A DNA stretch of 64,000 nucleotides from Utricularia gibba (Eukaryota; Plantae; Magnoliophyta): assembly GCA_002189035.1 (NCBI GenBank), contig NEEC01000014.1, positions 2,108,001-2,172,000 on the forward strand, read 5' to 3'. Below, piece by piece: positions 52,023 through 64,000 of the stretch. A model generated the notes under the pieces. It searched no databases. It had not been told where the DNA came from and was given only the letters and a program-made list of their open reading frames with translations. A program made the translations under genes and the position numbers. How positions within the stretch are numbered: the first letter of the stretch is position 1; every line of letters starts with the position of its first letter.

Positions 52023-54153
52023 GTGGCAATATTTATTTCGATCCTACTGTTTTGGTATAAATGATAAAAATGATCCAACTGTTTTTTTCCGTTAGTATGT
52101 TAGACGGAAATAACTCAATTAATTGGCAAAAATGGTAACATTATTTGTAAATAATACAATTTTGACCTAATAAATCTTATATATAATACTCTTTTGATCC
52201 AATAGTTTTGAAAATTGACATCTTTTGATTTACAAGATATCTGGTTTAAACCCATGTTATTTACAATTCGACAATAATAACCTAAACCGATTGTAGCATG
52301 GGCGGAAATGACCCAACTAATTAGTGAAAATGGTCACATTATTTGTAAATTATAATGTTTTGGCCCATTCGTTTTTATAAATATTATCTTTTGACTCAAT
52401 ATACTTGTTAATGGGTAACCAACATTGTAAACACCAAAGTTTGCTGGTTTTTAACATTTAAATACTAAAGTTAAAAGTTTCTTATTTTTTAAAAAATACC
52501 AAACTTTGGATACGATTCGATAATGTCATTATGAAAATGATTTCAATGTAGATTTGTTTGTGTTTTCATTAGAGTTTTCTACTTTTCAAGATGAAACTAA
52601 AAAATGAACATATTAAAATACTCCATTCGATGAAAAAATGAATACTGAATTTTGTAATCAACAATTAGAATGAAATATACAACAGCATTATAAGTATGAA
52701 AATATAGATACAACAAATATTTTAAAGATAAAAATATTAAAACAGTAGAAATTATAGCATGTTTTACCAAAAAAAATTATATTATTAATATTAAAATCTA
52801 TTTAATTAACTCAATAAAAAAAATTTTTTTAAAAAAAGATCAAACGTACATTGTGCTCTTAATAAAAAAATGGTGCTCCATTTTATTTCAGCCCATATTA
52901 CTTTAAAGAAAAACCAATTCATGGGGAAAATTAGCGAAATACATAAGATTAGTAAAATATCTAAGATTTTAAACATATTGGTGATATACTTGTATTTTCA
53001 TATACTCATTTGAAAAATACCTTGTTTTTTCAATATTATCACATTAATATTAATACTTTTAATAAAAATATTGATATGCATTTTTATTTATTCAAAATCA
53101 TTATTCAAAATATTAATTTACATATTTTTAAGCAACAATGAAAAACATATATTTCGTTTTCAACTTTCGAAATATCTGATTAATTATGTATTTTTGTCAA
53201 AATAATAGTTATAAATATATATAACAAAAATATGTTGATAAAAATTTTAAAATTTGGGATATAAATAAATGTTTAATCAATTGAGTTAAGTTTTCTTGTG
53301 TTTTATAATAGAAAAAATTAGTTTTATTAAAATAAATATCCACATAAAAAATAAAATCAATCAATTAGGATTTTAATTTTTTCATTAAATAATAATCAAT
53401 AGATATAATTTTTATATTTTATTTTGTACATTTAAAATGGATATAAAGATTTTATAAAAATAATGTAATTTTATAAATAACATATATATAATTTATGTTG
53501 AATTATCAATATATAAAACATAATAATTAACATGTATTTGTAAGATATGGTTAAAATATCATAATTTAAAAAATATCATATAATACTTATGACACAGGTA
53601 AACCTCTAATTTAGGCTCAATTTATGTGTGATTTTGCCTCGCCCATATTAAATCATTGCAGGGGTGTAAGCGTGGCTTTAGATAGAGACAGAAAGAGAAA
53701 GAGGGACTTACAGTCTGTGACGTTCCATTCTACAAAATTTGCTCAGATTTGTTCCTTGACACCTAAACCCTTGGCTTCTTCTTCAAACAAGTCTTGAGAA
53801 ATTATCGCTCATTTTGATGTGCTCGTCTGCATTCGTTCCTTTGCATCAGGTAAAAAAATAGATTTGTTTCTCTAATATTTATAGGGTTGAATTTTGCTGG
53901 GTTTCACTAATTTCAACGTATTAAGATGGATTTTGTGTTAATTGTTACTGTATGTTGGGAGATCTAGAGAAAATTAGTTTCATTGAAGGATTTTTGCATC
54001 TAGGGTTTTTGTAAATAGTTTTCAATTGAAATCTAGCTATTGAGATAGATTGGGATTTTGTATTAGTTGTTGGATGTTCAAACGTTTTTTTTTATTCATT
54101 ATTAGTTTTAGTTAACTTACCCTATTTTTCCTTCATTTGTTAATTTTAGGACA

Positions 54154-56315
54154 ATGGATTCAGAAGATGAGAAACTACATGATCTAGAATATGATAGTGA
54201 TTATGCAAATGATTTTTATGAGATTATGGATACACACTTTCCAGCTGATACGTATGTGAAGTGCGTTGTTGAGAAACCTTTGAGGAGTAAAGATGAACAA
54301 GATGTGAATTGTAAAGCATTTAAATATAAAGATGATGAAGATGTGAAGTTAGAACCATCAATTATTACAGATGAAGGAGGGAGCCAAGTGGTAGAAGTAA
54401 ATCTAAAATGGTTTAATATTGACCTTAGATGGACTATTCAAGAGTTAGAGTAAGTCCAAGATCATGATTCATTCGTTATTAATTATCTTTATTATATACT
54501 GTGCTTCATTGAAGTGCTTTCAAAATGCATGGTTGGCACTTGCTTTACATAAAAAATACAAGCTAAGCAACAATTAGAAGATTACTGTGTGAAGAAAGGT
54601 ATTGAATGAAAGTTTATGAAAAATGATGAGCGACGATTGATTTTGATTTGTAAATTCAAGGGCTGTTCTTGAAAGGTTGTTATTAAGAGGAAAGAGCATT
54701 GTTGTTGGCTTGTTGAAGAGGTCTCTGATCATTGAGATGAATGTGTGCCTCATTCAAATAATAGGTCGGTTAGACCATGATGGATTGGGTGAAAATATTT
54801 CCAAAAGATTATGAATCAACCGAAGTATCCACTGAAAGCTTTTTGTCGTGACGTTCAAACATATTACAACCTCCAATGTGCACCTTACACAATCAGAAGA
54901 GGTAAAGAGTATGCCCCGAAGTTGAGTATAGGTTTTGAAGTTTCAGAATTTGTTAAATTACGTTCGTATGTGACCCAATATAAGCAGTCGAATCTTGGAG
55001 CAACCGTTGAAATCTTAGAGTGTTGTGATGGTGATTCCGTTGATCGATTAATGTGCGCAGGCGTCTATTTTTGTCCAAAGATATGTTTTTTATTCTTTTG
55101 TTATTGGGTAAAAGTATGGATTGGTTTTCTTCAAAATTTGTTGTTCACAAATTGCTTACATATAGGCTTGTAGAGATGGTTTTGCATTAAGTGAGAGAAA
55201 AGTGATTGGAGTTGATGGATCACACTTGTTGTCTAATGTGCAAGGGAAGTTACTAGTGGCAACTACATATGACCCAAACAATGGAGTGTATCCCTTGGCA
55301 TGGGAGTAGTCGGAGGGGAGACATATAAGAGTTGGAAGTGATTACTTCGATTGTTTGTCAAGGATTATGGTATAACCAACGAGAACTCATCAACATTCAC
55401 AATAATTTCTGATCGAGGGATAGAGATTACTCATGAAATTCAACAAGTAATGCCGAGAATGCTTGTAAGGTTTTATTTATTTTAAATAATTAGCATATGA
55501 GGGTTGATCTACCAGTTTGACAACTAGTATGGAAGTAATGAGAAAGTTAGAGGGGGTTTGTCCTAAGGGTCATAGTTATCTTTTAGCAATAAATCCCAAG
55601 TATTGGGTGCGAGCATATTTTCAAAAGAGCAACAAATGTCTTCTGCTTATGAATAATAATTCGGAATCTATGAATGCTGCATTGAAGGAAGCCCGTGGCT
55701 TACCCTTCATCAACATGTTGGATAAGATCAATGATAAATTTGCAGAGTGATTTGTTGAGAGGAGGCAAGGATCACTTAAGTGGCCTAGACCACTTGAGGA
55801 TCAAATTGATGCGATTTTAGCAAGAAATGTTGCAGCTGGTAGAGATGGGTGGATAGAGATGAATGATAGAGAAAACTTTTGATGGTCCCATGCCAATGAC
55901 ATCGCCACTCTGAGACTCAGAAATTGTTCACGTGATTGCGGAGAATGGCAAATCACAGGTTTGATTCTTTTCTGATCATTTTTTTCATCTTTTTTGAAAT
56001 ATTTTTATCTACTATTCTTTCACATTCTTGGGATATCATGTAAGCATGCGTGTTAGGCTATTATTCACATCAAAAGGAACATTATCAGAGTTCGTGCATC
56101 CTTCTTACTTCAAGGTCAATTATGTAGCGATGTACGATGGCGATATCTATCGGTTACTAGGTGCCAAGTATTGGCCTCCAGATGATCTGCCTCCATTGTT
56201 GCCGCCACCTTGGAAGCATAGGAAGCCAGGACGTCCAATTAAAAAACAAGCTTCACGGATGAAAAGTGTGTTTTGCAATGATTGTGGTGAGAAAGGGCAT
56301 AATCGTAGGAAATGA
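54154..56315 (+). pseudogene. MuDR/MULE transposase remnants
   Basis: VIGVDGSHL...GKLLVATTYDPNNGVYPLAW, IISDRG, NNNSESMNAALKEARGLP, SWIM-like CGEWQITG...CKHA, RKPGRP and knuckle CNDCGEKGHNRR. Many stops and frameshifts. Confidence 0.88.
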
Positions 56316-56879
56316 CCCAATAAAAAGATAGATGACGATACTAATGATATTGAGGAGCAAACTTGTGGCCCATCATCAGAAGACATAAATTCGACAAATG
56401 ATGCCATTGAGGGGTCATGTAATGATGATCACTTGACGAAGGATGGATCTTGTCAACAACAAGGAAATAAGAGGAATCAACATGAACCCCAAGTATCTGA
56501 ATAAACGTTTACTTAATTTTAATCAATAATGTTCAATGTTGTACAATCATGAACAGGTTGAACAACCAAAGCAAGATGCAACCAAACGGCGATCCGCCAA
56601 GCCCCAAAAGAAAACCAATATTACCTTTCATTGTAGTTATGTTGAAGGAGGGGTTGTAAATATGAACACCGGAAACAGGCAAGATGTGCAGGTGCAACAA
56701 GGCAAAATGGAAAAATTGAAAAGTGCCTGAAAGGAGCCAATCGCACCACATTTAAGAGTATATGGTCGTTTGTGGGATGATGTTTTACAATCTGTCATTG
56801 AGTAAGTAATGATAAACAGTTTTTTTCTAGCACATAATGATATTTGTCTCACGTTTTCTTATATTTTTATGACAGCAAA

Positions 56880-57750
56880 CTTGTTAAGAAGCAACCAAAG
56901 TCAAGGATGCGTGGAGTAGTTATTGTTGATGTGTTGTGGTTTGGAAATGCAGCGGAGTGTAATTTTCAACATAGGCTAATGCCAAATTGACTTAAAAGGA
57001 ATGAATCATGGAACAAGAACTACATAATTATTCCAATATGCATGGAGTAAGTAATGCTTATATGTATTTTGCTTTTGGTTTCATATAAGTCATATTATAT
57101 GAACTTTATTTTCGTAGGGGCCATTATGATTTAGCTATATTCTGTAATTTGGGATGCAAAGAAAATCGATGTGTTATTGTACTTGATTCATTGCACTTAG
57201 ACTACCAAAAAGAGCATGAAGCTGCCATCCGAAGGTATTTTTTTGTTTAGGATGATCCTAAATGACATATAGGTTGGGTATCTAATTGATTTTACTTAGG
57301 TTGCTTTCTGTGATCCTCATAGCGAATGGGGAAACTGAGGAGGATGCTTTAAAGGTTCCGATTCATTGGCCTTTGGTGAGTAATATGTAGTGATGTTGTT
57401 TCGCTTCATAGTACAAACGTTATTGTTGTGTTGATTTGACAAGTGCCTTTACAAGAGGGGGGATCTGAGTGTGGGATTTATACGTTGATGTATTTCGACT
57501 TATTCATAGCACAAAAACTGGAGAAATACATACTAGATGGTTACCCTCAGTTTGTAAGTAATGACTTCTCATAAGTATTTTTAATATCTTTTCATATCAT
57601 ATAGTAATTTGACTCTTATTTTATAGATAGTTCCAGAGTGGTTTACTGATGATGAAATTCGAAAGTTTGCACAAGATATGCGAATTCCACGCCATCAATG
57701 CAAGATTTCAGATGTGGGAACACAAGAGGGTGAAAAGATGGATTCTTATC
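56880..57750 (+). pseudogene. Ulp1/C48-family peptidase-like gene inside the MULE, with introns
   Basis: Spliced pieces WNKNYIIIPIC | GHYDLAIFC...VIVLDSL | ...VPIHWPL | PLQEGGSECGIYTL..F | WFTDDEI. His, Asp, Gln and Cys occur in C48 order. Confidence 0.72.
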
Positions 57751-59135
57751 TTTGAGTTATTAGCATTGTCATTTCATTTTTGTGAACTTATGAAACATTG
57801 TTGATCTCTTTCGTTCAATGGATATATATTTTAGCAGTAGGGGAAGCTCGACCAGATTACCTAAATCCATAAATTCATAAATTCACTTACCCATTATAGA
57901 TAATAATTATTATTTCGATTTTATGTTCTTCAACTGAATTTACTCAATTGTAATTCTAGCAATTGTTAAAAAAAAAATTCATTAAGGTGTTAACATTAAA
58001 TTTATTCAAAATTTGATTTTAAACTTAATTATTTAGTAATAAATGTTCGAATTTATTATAATTATAAGTATTAATTAGTTAACGTTCAGTTTATTATATA
58101 CTTTTTACATTAAAATAATATTTTCAACCTAAAATTCAACTTTAAATTCTATTAGATTTCTCTCAAGAATCCAAATTTAAACTCTAAATTCGTATTCATT
58201 TTACTTCAATAAATTTTCATAAATTTTAAGAATATTTTTTTATTTTAAATACCATTAACCCGATAAAATAATTATATATATAGACATATTTTTCTATTAT
58301 TTTAGGATTATAGTGATATGTTTAATAAATAGTGATAAGAAATGTATATTATTGAAAAAATCGAACAATATATTATTGGTAAGTTAAGTCAATACAAATT
58401 TTATAATGGTCTTTTAATCATAATCATAATTATCAATATATTCACTCAAATAGAATATTATTGAAAAAATCTAATAATATTTGATTACAAAAAAGGGCAC
58501 TACATGATGAAAAAAAAAATTTATATTCACCAACACCATTATCAAAAGAAATTGACAACAAAATTCCCAATGAACGTTGAATGATTTATTTGTGGAATGA
58601 GAGTTGACAACTTAAAATTTTTTAAATGATTATAATATTTTTTTATAAGAATTAATCACATCATATTCTCATTTTATGAACTCATATTTTTTTTAAAATT
58701 CAAATTTTTAAATCAATTTTATTATCTTATTTTTCATTTAATTGACAAATTCTAATATCAATGTAACCATCTTTATAAACACTTTAATTTTTTTAAAAAT
58801 CAAACATGGGCCAATATAGATCAAAATATATATGGTGGTTGGGTCAAAACAATAAAAAAAAAAGATAACGTTTAACCAAAGTAGCTCTATCCACAAGAAC
58901 GTTAAGATCAAAACCATATAATTGAAAATATTAATTGGGTCAAAATAGTTCTAAATAAAATTTATTAGATTAAAAAAGTTATAAAAAAATATTTGTTGAG
59001 TCAAAAGTGTAGATCACATGGATCAACATAGTCAGATCAGAAAAACAGTGGGTCATACAAGTTAGACCAACTTAAAATATGTAGATTAAAATGGATAAAT
59101 AGAATAAACAATGAGGTCACAACTGCCATCACCCC

Positions 59136-60140
59136 GTAAATCATCACAGTTTAGAAGATATCGTGTCTAGAGTGCATGATGTGTGAATACACCATTTGTT
59201 CTTGAGACCACCCTCATGTCTAAAAGCTGCCCGAGCCATCCACAAGATAGTATCAAAAACTTGAAATTTTACATCATTTATCATACTTGCATGTCATGTA
59301 AATCGAACATCACATCAATGCCAAAATGAGAATTCTGAATTGTATTGTCTTGATCGTCCTGGCTATTTGGTACAATCACTAAAGACTAATATGAGGCTAT
59401 CTTTCGCGCACAAGTCTTGATCAGATGATCGTCCTTTCTAGCTCAACACGATTGACGTTGAACAAAATTTGAAATAGTATGCTATGGGTAGCATGCTTTG
59501 GAAGATATCATGTTGGAAGCAATCGGTAATCGAAGTTGCTATTTACTCTAGAGATATCCCTCGAGTTGGAACTCTCCCAAAGCAATGCATAATATCACAT
59601 CTAAAATCCAAAATTTTACATCATTATATTATACTTACGTTATGGAAATCGAAAATCTGTTTACATCATGATTGGAGTCTCAAATCCCAATGTTTTAGTT
59701 GTTTTGACATCTTTGAGACAGCACTGAAGGCAAACATTGTTCCATCTTTCAAACATTAAACTTTTATCAGAATTTTGATCTTTCATATCCTAATGCAATT
59801 ATTTTTGAACGAGGTTCAAAAAGATATATTATAACAACTTAAATTATTATTATTTGGAAGATATCATATTAGAAGAAAATAGTGCATGAAGATACTATTT
59901 GCATTCGGAACATTCCCTGAGTTTGAACGCTCCTGGAGGGTCAAATCGTTGTTTTCTAACCACAACAGAGTAGTACACAAGATCGCATAAAAAATCAAAA
60001 ATTTTATGTCATTCTATCATATTTGCATGTTCTAGAAATCAAAGATCAGTTTCCCATCATGGTTCTAGTCACTAATTGCAACGTCTTAATCGTTTTGGTC
60101 ACTTTGTACCACATTTTACTTTTTCTCATTTAAAACAATT
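59136..60140. repeat. Right part of the ~350-bp tandem array (three units)
   Basis: TTT(A/G)GAAGATATC unit starts near 59149, 59497 and 59853. Confidence 0.75.
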
Positions 60141-60145
60141 TCTAT

Positions 60146-60280
60146 GAGCTGTCGATGTTATTGGGCTCGGGAGAAGTGTGTCAATGTTATTGGGCTCAGG
60201 AGAAGTGAGTTTGTCAATGTTATTGGGCTCGGGAGCAGTGAGCTGTCAATCTTATTGAGCAAGAGAGAAGTGGGCTGTCT
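60146..60280. repeat. ~31-bp minisatellite, about 4 copies
   Basis: Consensus GAGCTGTCAATGTTATTGGGCTCGGGAGAAGT with small variants. Confidence 0.9.
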
Positions 60281-60522
60281 AGTAATGGCGTCATCCAAAA
60301 TGTGTAGCATTTGACCGTTAGGGTCCATTGAGCCCATTTCACTGCGTGTATGCACAAGAGCATTGCGAAAAGAAGTGCGTTTGCCTCTGAAAGCTTGGAA
60401 AGTTGGAATTCCCTCGCTCTCGGTTAGCGAATTCGAGGGCGTCGCTTTGCTCCGGCCACTCGGCATTTGGGGCACTTATTCACTCCATGATTGTTATCCT
60501 GTGAGTGTTTCGTGCCAGTAGT

Positions 60523-62021
60523 ATGGCGGCCAGGACGGAAGCACCTTCGAACGCTGAATTGCAAACTTCCAGCATCGCGAAGATAAATGACGCGTCGTTC
60601 TGGTGGGAGCCTTTTGCAGACTTTCTCACGGATCTGGATAACGCGGCATTGGAATCTGCTTTCCCCCAGTCTCTGGTAAATTTTATATGTTACTTTCTCA
60701 TGCCATTGCTGCAATTTTGAAGTAGTCCTGAAGTTTTTTGCATGAGCTGCCACTTGGGTTGTTGGGAGTATGATGTTAAACGTTTGCTTTGGGCTCTCAA
60801 CGGCGGAATTCGCTGATATCTCGTATATGTGTATTTCAGGAAAAGAAGTTGAAGGAGAATCACTCGTGGTTTTTGGACACAGTTGCAAACTTTAAGAAAC
60901 CAAATCAAAGTTCTAGAAAAGCTTTGGAGTCTCCCCAGATCAAGATTGGTGAGCACGAGTTGAATGTGGTTGATAGATTGAGAGAAGCTGCATTCAAGAT
61001 AAGTTCTATTTTGGTAACGACCGGTCACCCCTTGTCACTCTTTAATATGGCATTGATGAATATTTCAGTAAGAAACTTGTGATTCGTTTATAAAATTTAC
61101 TTGCGATGTCTTTTTTTCATGTTATTTAGTGTTTGGATGAAGTGCAATCCTATATTCTCGTTAAAAGAACAGTAGAACGGGATAGCTCTCAACTTGAGGA
61201 GAAACTACCAGAGTTTCTGAATGTGGTTAGTTTTTTAATATATATTTCTCTTCAGTGCATTGTGATTGCTAATCTTTGTCCTCTCCTTGAGCACCTTCTT
61301 TCCTATCCACATAATAATCAGGTTTTCCTCGTCCCCTGACGAATAATCTTTAAATTATTATTTGGTAAATGAGAGATAAAAATGTGTTCATGTAAGCCTT
61401 TTCATAGGACTTGGTTTTGAGGGGAAGACAAAGGGTGTATGCTGAAATTATAGTAATTAATTTTTCGTGTTGATTTTTCTGGGTTTTCATACGTGATAAT
61501 CTTATTTACCATTAGTAAGAAGCATGCAAGGTTAGAAAACTGAACCATGCAGTGATTAGTTACACAACCGAACACTAACTGTTTCTATAGCATCTATGTT
61601 ATAGCTTTTTAGATTTATCTACTAGTTCTTGGCATTTTTTCCCTTCTTCAGGCGATTGTTGACTACTGCACTGAACGGCAATGCTTGTTGAAGTGCACCA
61701 GGGACGTCCTTGTGCATGCATGTACTTTTTTCTGCCTTCCCTGATACTTAAGATATTCTTTTTCCTAACACTGGTAATCATAATATTCCCATTTTTATAT
61801 TTTTCAGTGTACTCTGCATCTCAGTCCAATGGTGATTCTGCTTTATTGGATGAGGCACACAGTTTAGTTAATAATGGCCTGGAAGGAAAACTACTTTCTA
61901 TACTGGAGAGTCTGCTCTCTTCTAACTACCCTGCTCATATGGTAAAATTCATCTTGGAAGGGAAACTGCGTTCTGTATTGGAGAGTGTTTTCTTTCTCAG
62001 CTTTTCATACATATGCATACA

Positions 62022-62065
<44 letters not shown>

Positions 62066-64000
62066 TGTATATGTATGTGTGTGTGTTTCATTTCGAATTT
62101 CTGTCTCTATAATCATGGTGTTTAAATTTCCGAACTTCAGGATGTCGACATCTCTATCATGTGGTATGAGGAGATGCTGGAAGAGGGAAAATTAATCCTT
62201 GACATTCTCTTCCTCATTTATTACGAGTCCTTTTCAACTTGTGATGCCAAATGCTGGAAAAGATTGTTTGGATTATATGAGGTGATCATCTGGCCCTTAT
62301 GTGCTTTAAGCTCTTACTATTCCAATACATTTTGCTCTTGTATTTTTTAATACAGGGGATTGTCAGTGGCTCATACCACATCCAGAAACTTGCTGTTACA
62401 TCTGAAGCTGTTCGTGCAGTTTACCTTGCAAAAGTGCAGCTATTGCTTATTCTTATTGAGGCTTTGAACTTGGAAAATTTGCTTCAAATGATGCATGATA
62501 ATGTTCCTCTCAGGTTTATGGCAATCGAATTTGTTTATCTCTTGTTGTTGTTATGCATGCATTTCTGTTGTTAATGGACGGGCTTTTTTTTTTTTTTTTA
62601 TCTTTGTTTCAGTGAGGGTTCTATTGGCTTTTCGGAGGCTGATATTTTGCAAATGGATGCCATTGTCTCTAGCTTGAGCGCTATTCAGGCTAATGAAACT
62701 GGTCCTTTGATCCTTTCATGGGTGGTATTTCTATCTCTGCTTTCATCGCTTCCTGGGGAAGAAAAACTAAAGTCTTTGATGGTTTGTGTTTTTTTTCAGA
62801 AACAATATTTGATCTGCAATGAAGTGTTTCAGTTGCTAATGATTTGCTAATTTTCAGGAGTTGGAGAATATTGGTTATTCTCGTCAATCTGTTGAGGTTT
62901 CATCTCTGGGGTATTTTCTAGAAATTCTGGATGGTGGTGTATTGAAATCTTCAGACGTAAGTACTGCTGCATACAATTATCGTGTGCATTTCATCTAATA
63001 ACACCATTTTATGTATTTCCCCATTTATCATTTTTGCACAACTTTTGAAACTGTAATCTTTCATACAGGGCCCTGTATCAGGTTATTGGAGTGTAATGAG
63101 GACGTTTGTATCAGCATTCTTAGCCTCCTTTGAAATCAATATCAAGGTATCTATTTGTACAGTTATAAGTGGTTGCATCTTTATTGATTCTGTATTTCTT
63201 GCAGTTCGGTGATAAAAGTTTGAAGTTAATTTTGGAGATATTGTCCAAAATCTACAGAGGGGAGGTCTGGTCGTATATTGTTATTGTCATCATAAAGCCC
63301 CCTGATTGAGTCATTAACTTCATAGATTTTTCCAGGAGTCTCTTTGTGTACAGTTTTGGGACAAGGGAAGTTACATTGATGGCCCGGTGAGGTGCCTTCT
63401 TTTCAACCTTGAGAGTGAATTTCCATTCAGAACTACAGAATTCATATGCTTGCTATCAGACGTTTGTGAAGGGGCATGGCCAGCTGAATGTGTGTAAGTT
63501 GAACCTGATTGAAGATATTTGATGCTATCCATAAATGGAAACTAATAGTCGTATGGCTGCATATTTTGAAACTTTAATTCCACAACTGCATTTTTATGAA
63601 TGCATAATTACCACAGTATTGTTATTAATAGTTCTGGGATTTATGGTTGGCATTTTTTGTTGAAACAACTAACTGTAATTAGAATGAGTAATGTAAACAT
63701 TCTTGTTTTGCTTTACTCGATTGTAACGACTCTGAATGTTATGGTGCGAATGTCAAATCATTTTCCTGTCATAGTTTAGATGCATTTACGCTATTTTTTC
63801 ATTTGCTTTCTTGTCTTCATAGAAGAATTGCAGAATTATCTTTTCACTCTGAAAGACAAAAAAAAACGTATTTAGACTGATGCCTTACCTGGAACCTTCT
63901 GAGCAGGTACAATTTCCTTGATAAGACTACCGGAATAACAACTCAATTTGAAATGAGTAATGGTTCTTCTATGGACACTGTTTCAAATATTGTTGAAACC
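60523..64000 (+). CDS. Nucleoporin NUP188-like (At4g38760/DUF3414-like); 5' part, continues beyond the window
   Basis: DASFWWEPFADFLTDLDNA, KKLKENHSWFLDTVANFKKPN, LDEVQSYILV, RQCLLKC, WYEEMLEEGKLILDILFLIYYE, GPVSGY, FPFRTTEF. Many GT-AG exons. Confidence 0.85.
62023..62062. repeat. (AT)n microsatellite in a NUP188 intron
   Basis: About 19 AT units. Confidence 0.9.

Larger units (their letters stand above)
52023..59135 (+). mobile_element. Degenerate Mutator-like element (MULE) with transposase and Ulp1-like protease remnants
   Basis: Diverged long inverted termini rich in TTTTGACCC/GATCC motifs (about 52030-52270 versus 58800-59100). GTAAATCATC flanks both ends. Boundaries are approximate. 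Confidence 0.6.

Noticed and set aside
60158-60475. 105-aa minus-strand ORF with repeated SPITLT
   Set aside because: It is a translation of the minisatellite in the NUP188 promoter.

Overview
This is flowering-plant nuclear DNA: a gene-dense block (about 1-50.5 kb), then an AT-rich transposon/repeat region (about 51-60 kb), then the 5' part of a NUP188-like gene. Apparently intact genes: DRD1-like SNF2 remodeller (3' part), WDR13-like WD40, RD19 cysteine protease, V-ATPase subunit a, SHI/SRS, GATA, plastid TPI, cytosolic neutral invertase, GASA, pescadillo, two SAURs, a diverged group-I bZIP and tRNA-Leu(CAA). Several genes between them are damaged in ways the ORF track hides. These are a UFD1 pseudogene split by a TRIM retroelement, a heavily decayed XCT/FAM50 pseudogene, a truncated small-transmembrane-protein gene, a PRP and a SAUR each with a 1-nt frameshift, and an SCS calcium-sensor gene whose N-terminal exons have decayed while a short-isoform-like ORF stays intact. 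This pattern suggests a duplicated block undergoing gene loss (inference). Other notable points: four introns that need GC donors; a tRNA 82 bp downstream of the bZIP stop on the same strand; a Mutator-like element carrying a Ulp1-type protease and interrupting a ~350-bp tandem array; and an apparent inversion of the PRP-to-bZIP segment relative to the Arabidopsis gene order as I recall it. Homology calls are from remembered motifs; no database searches were run.
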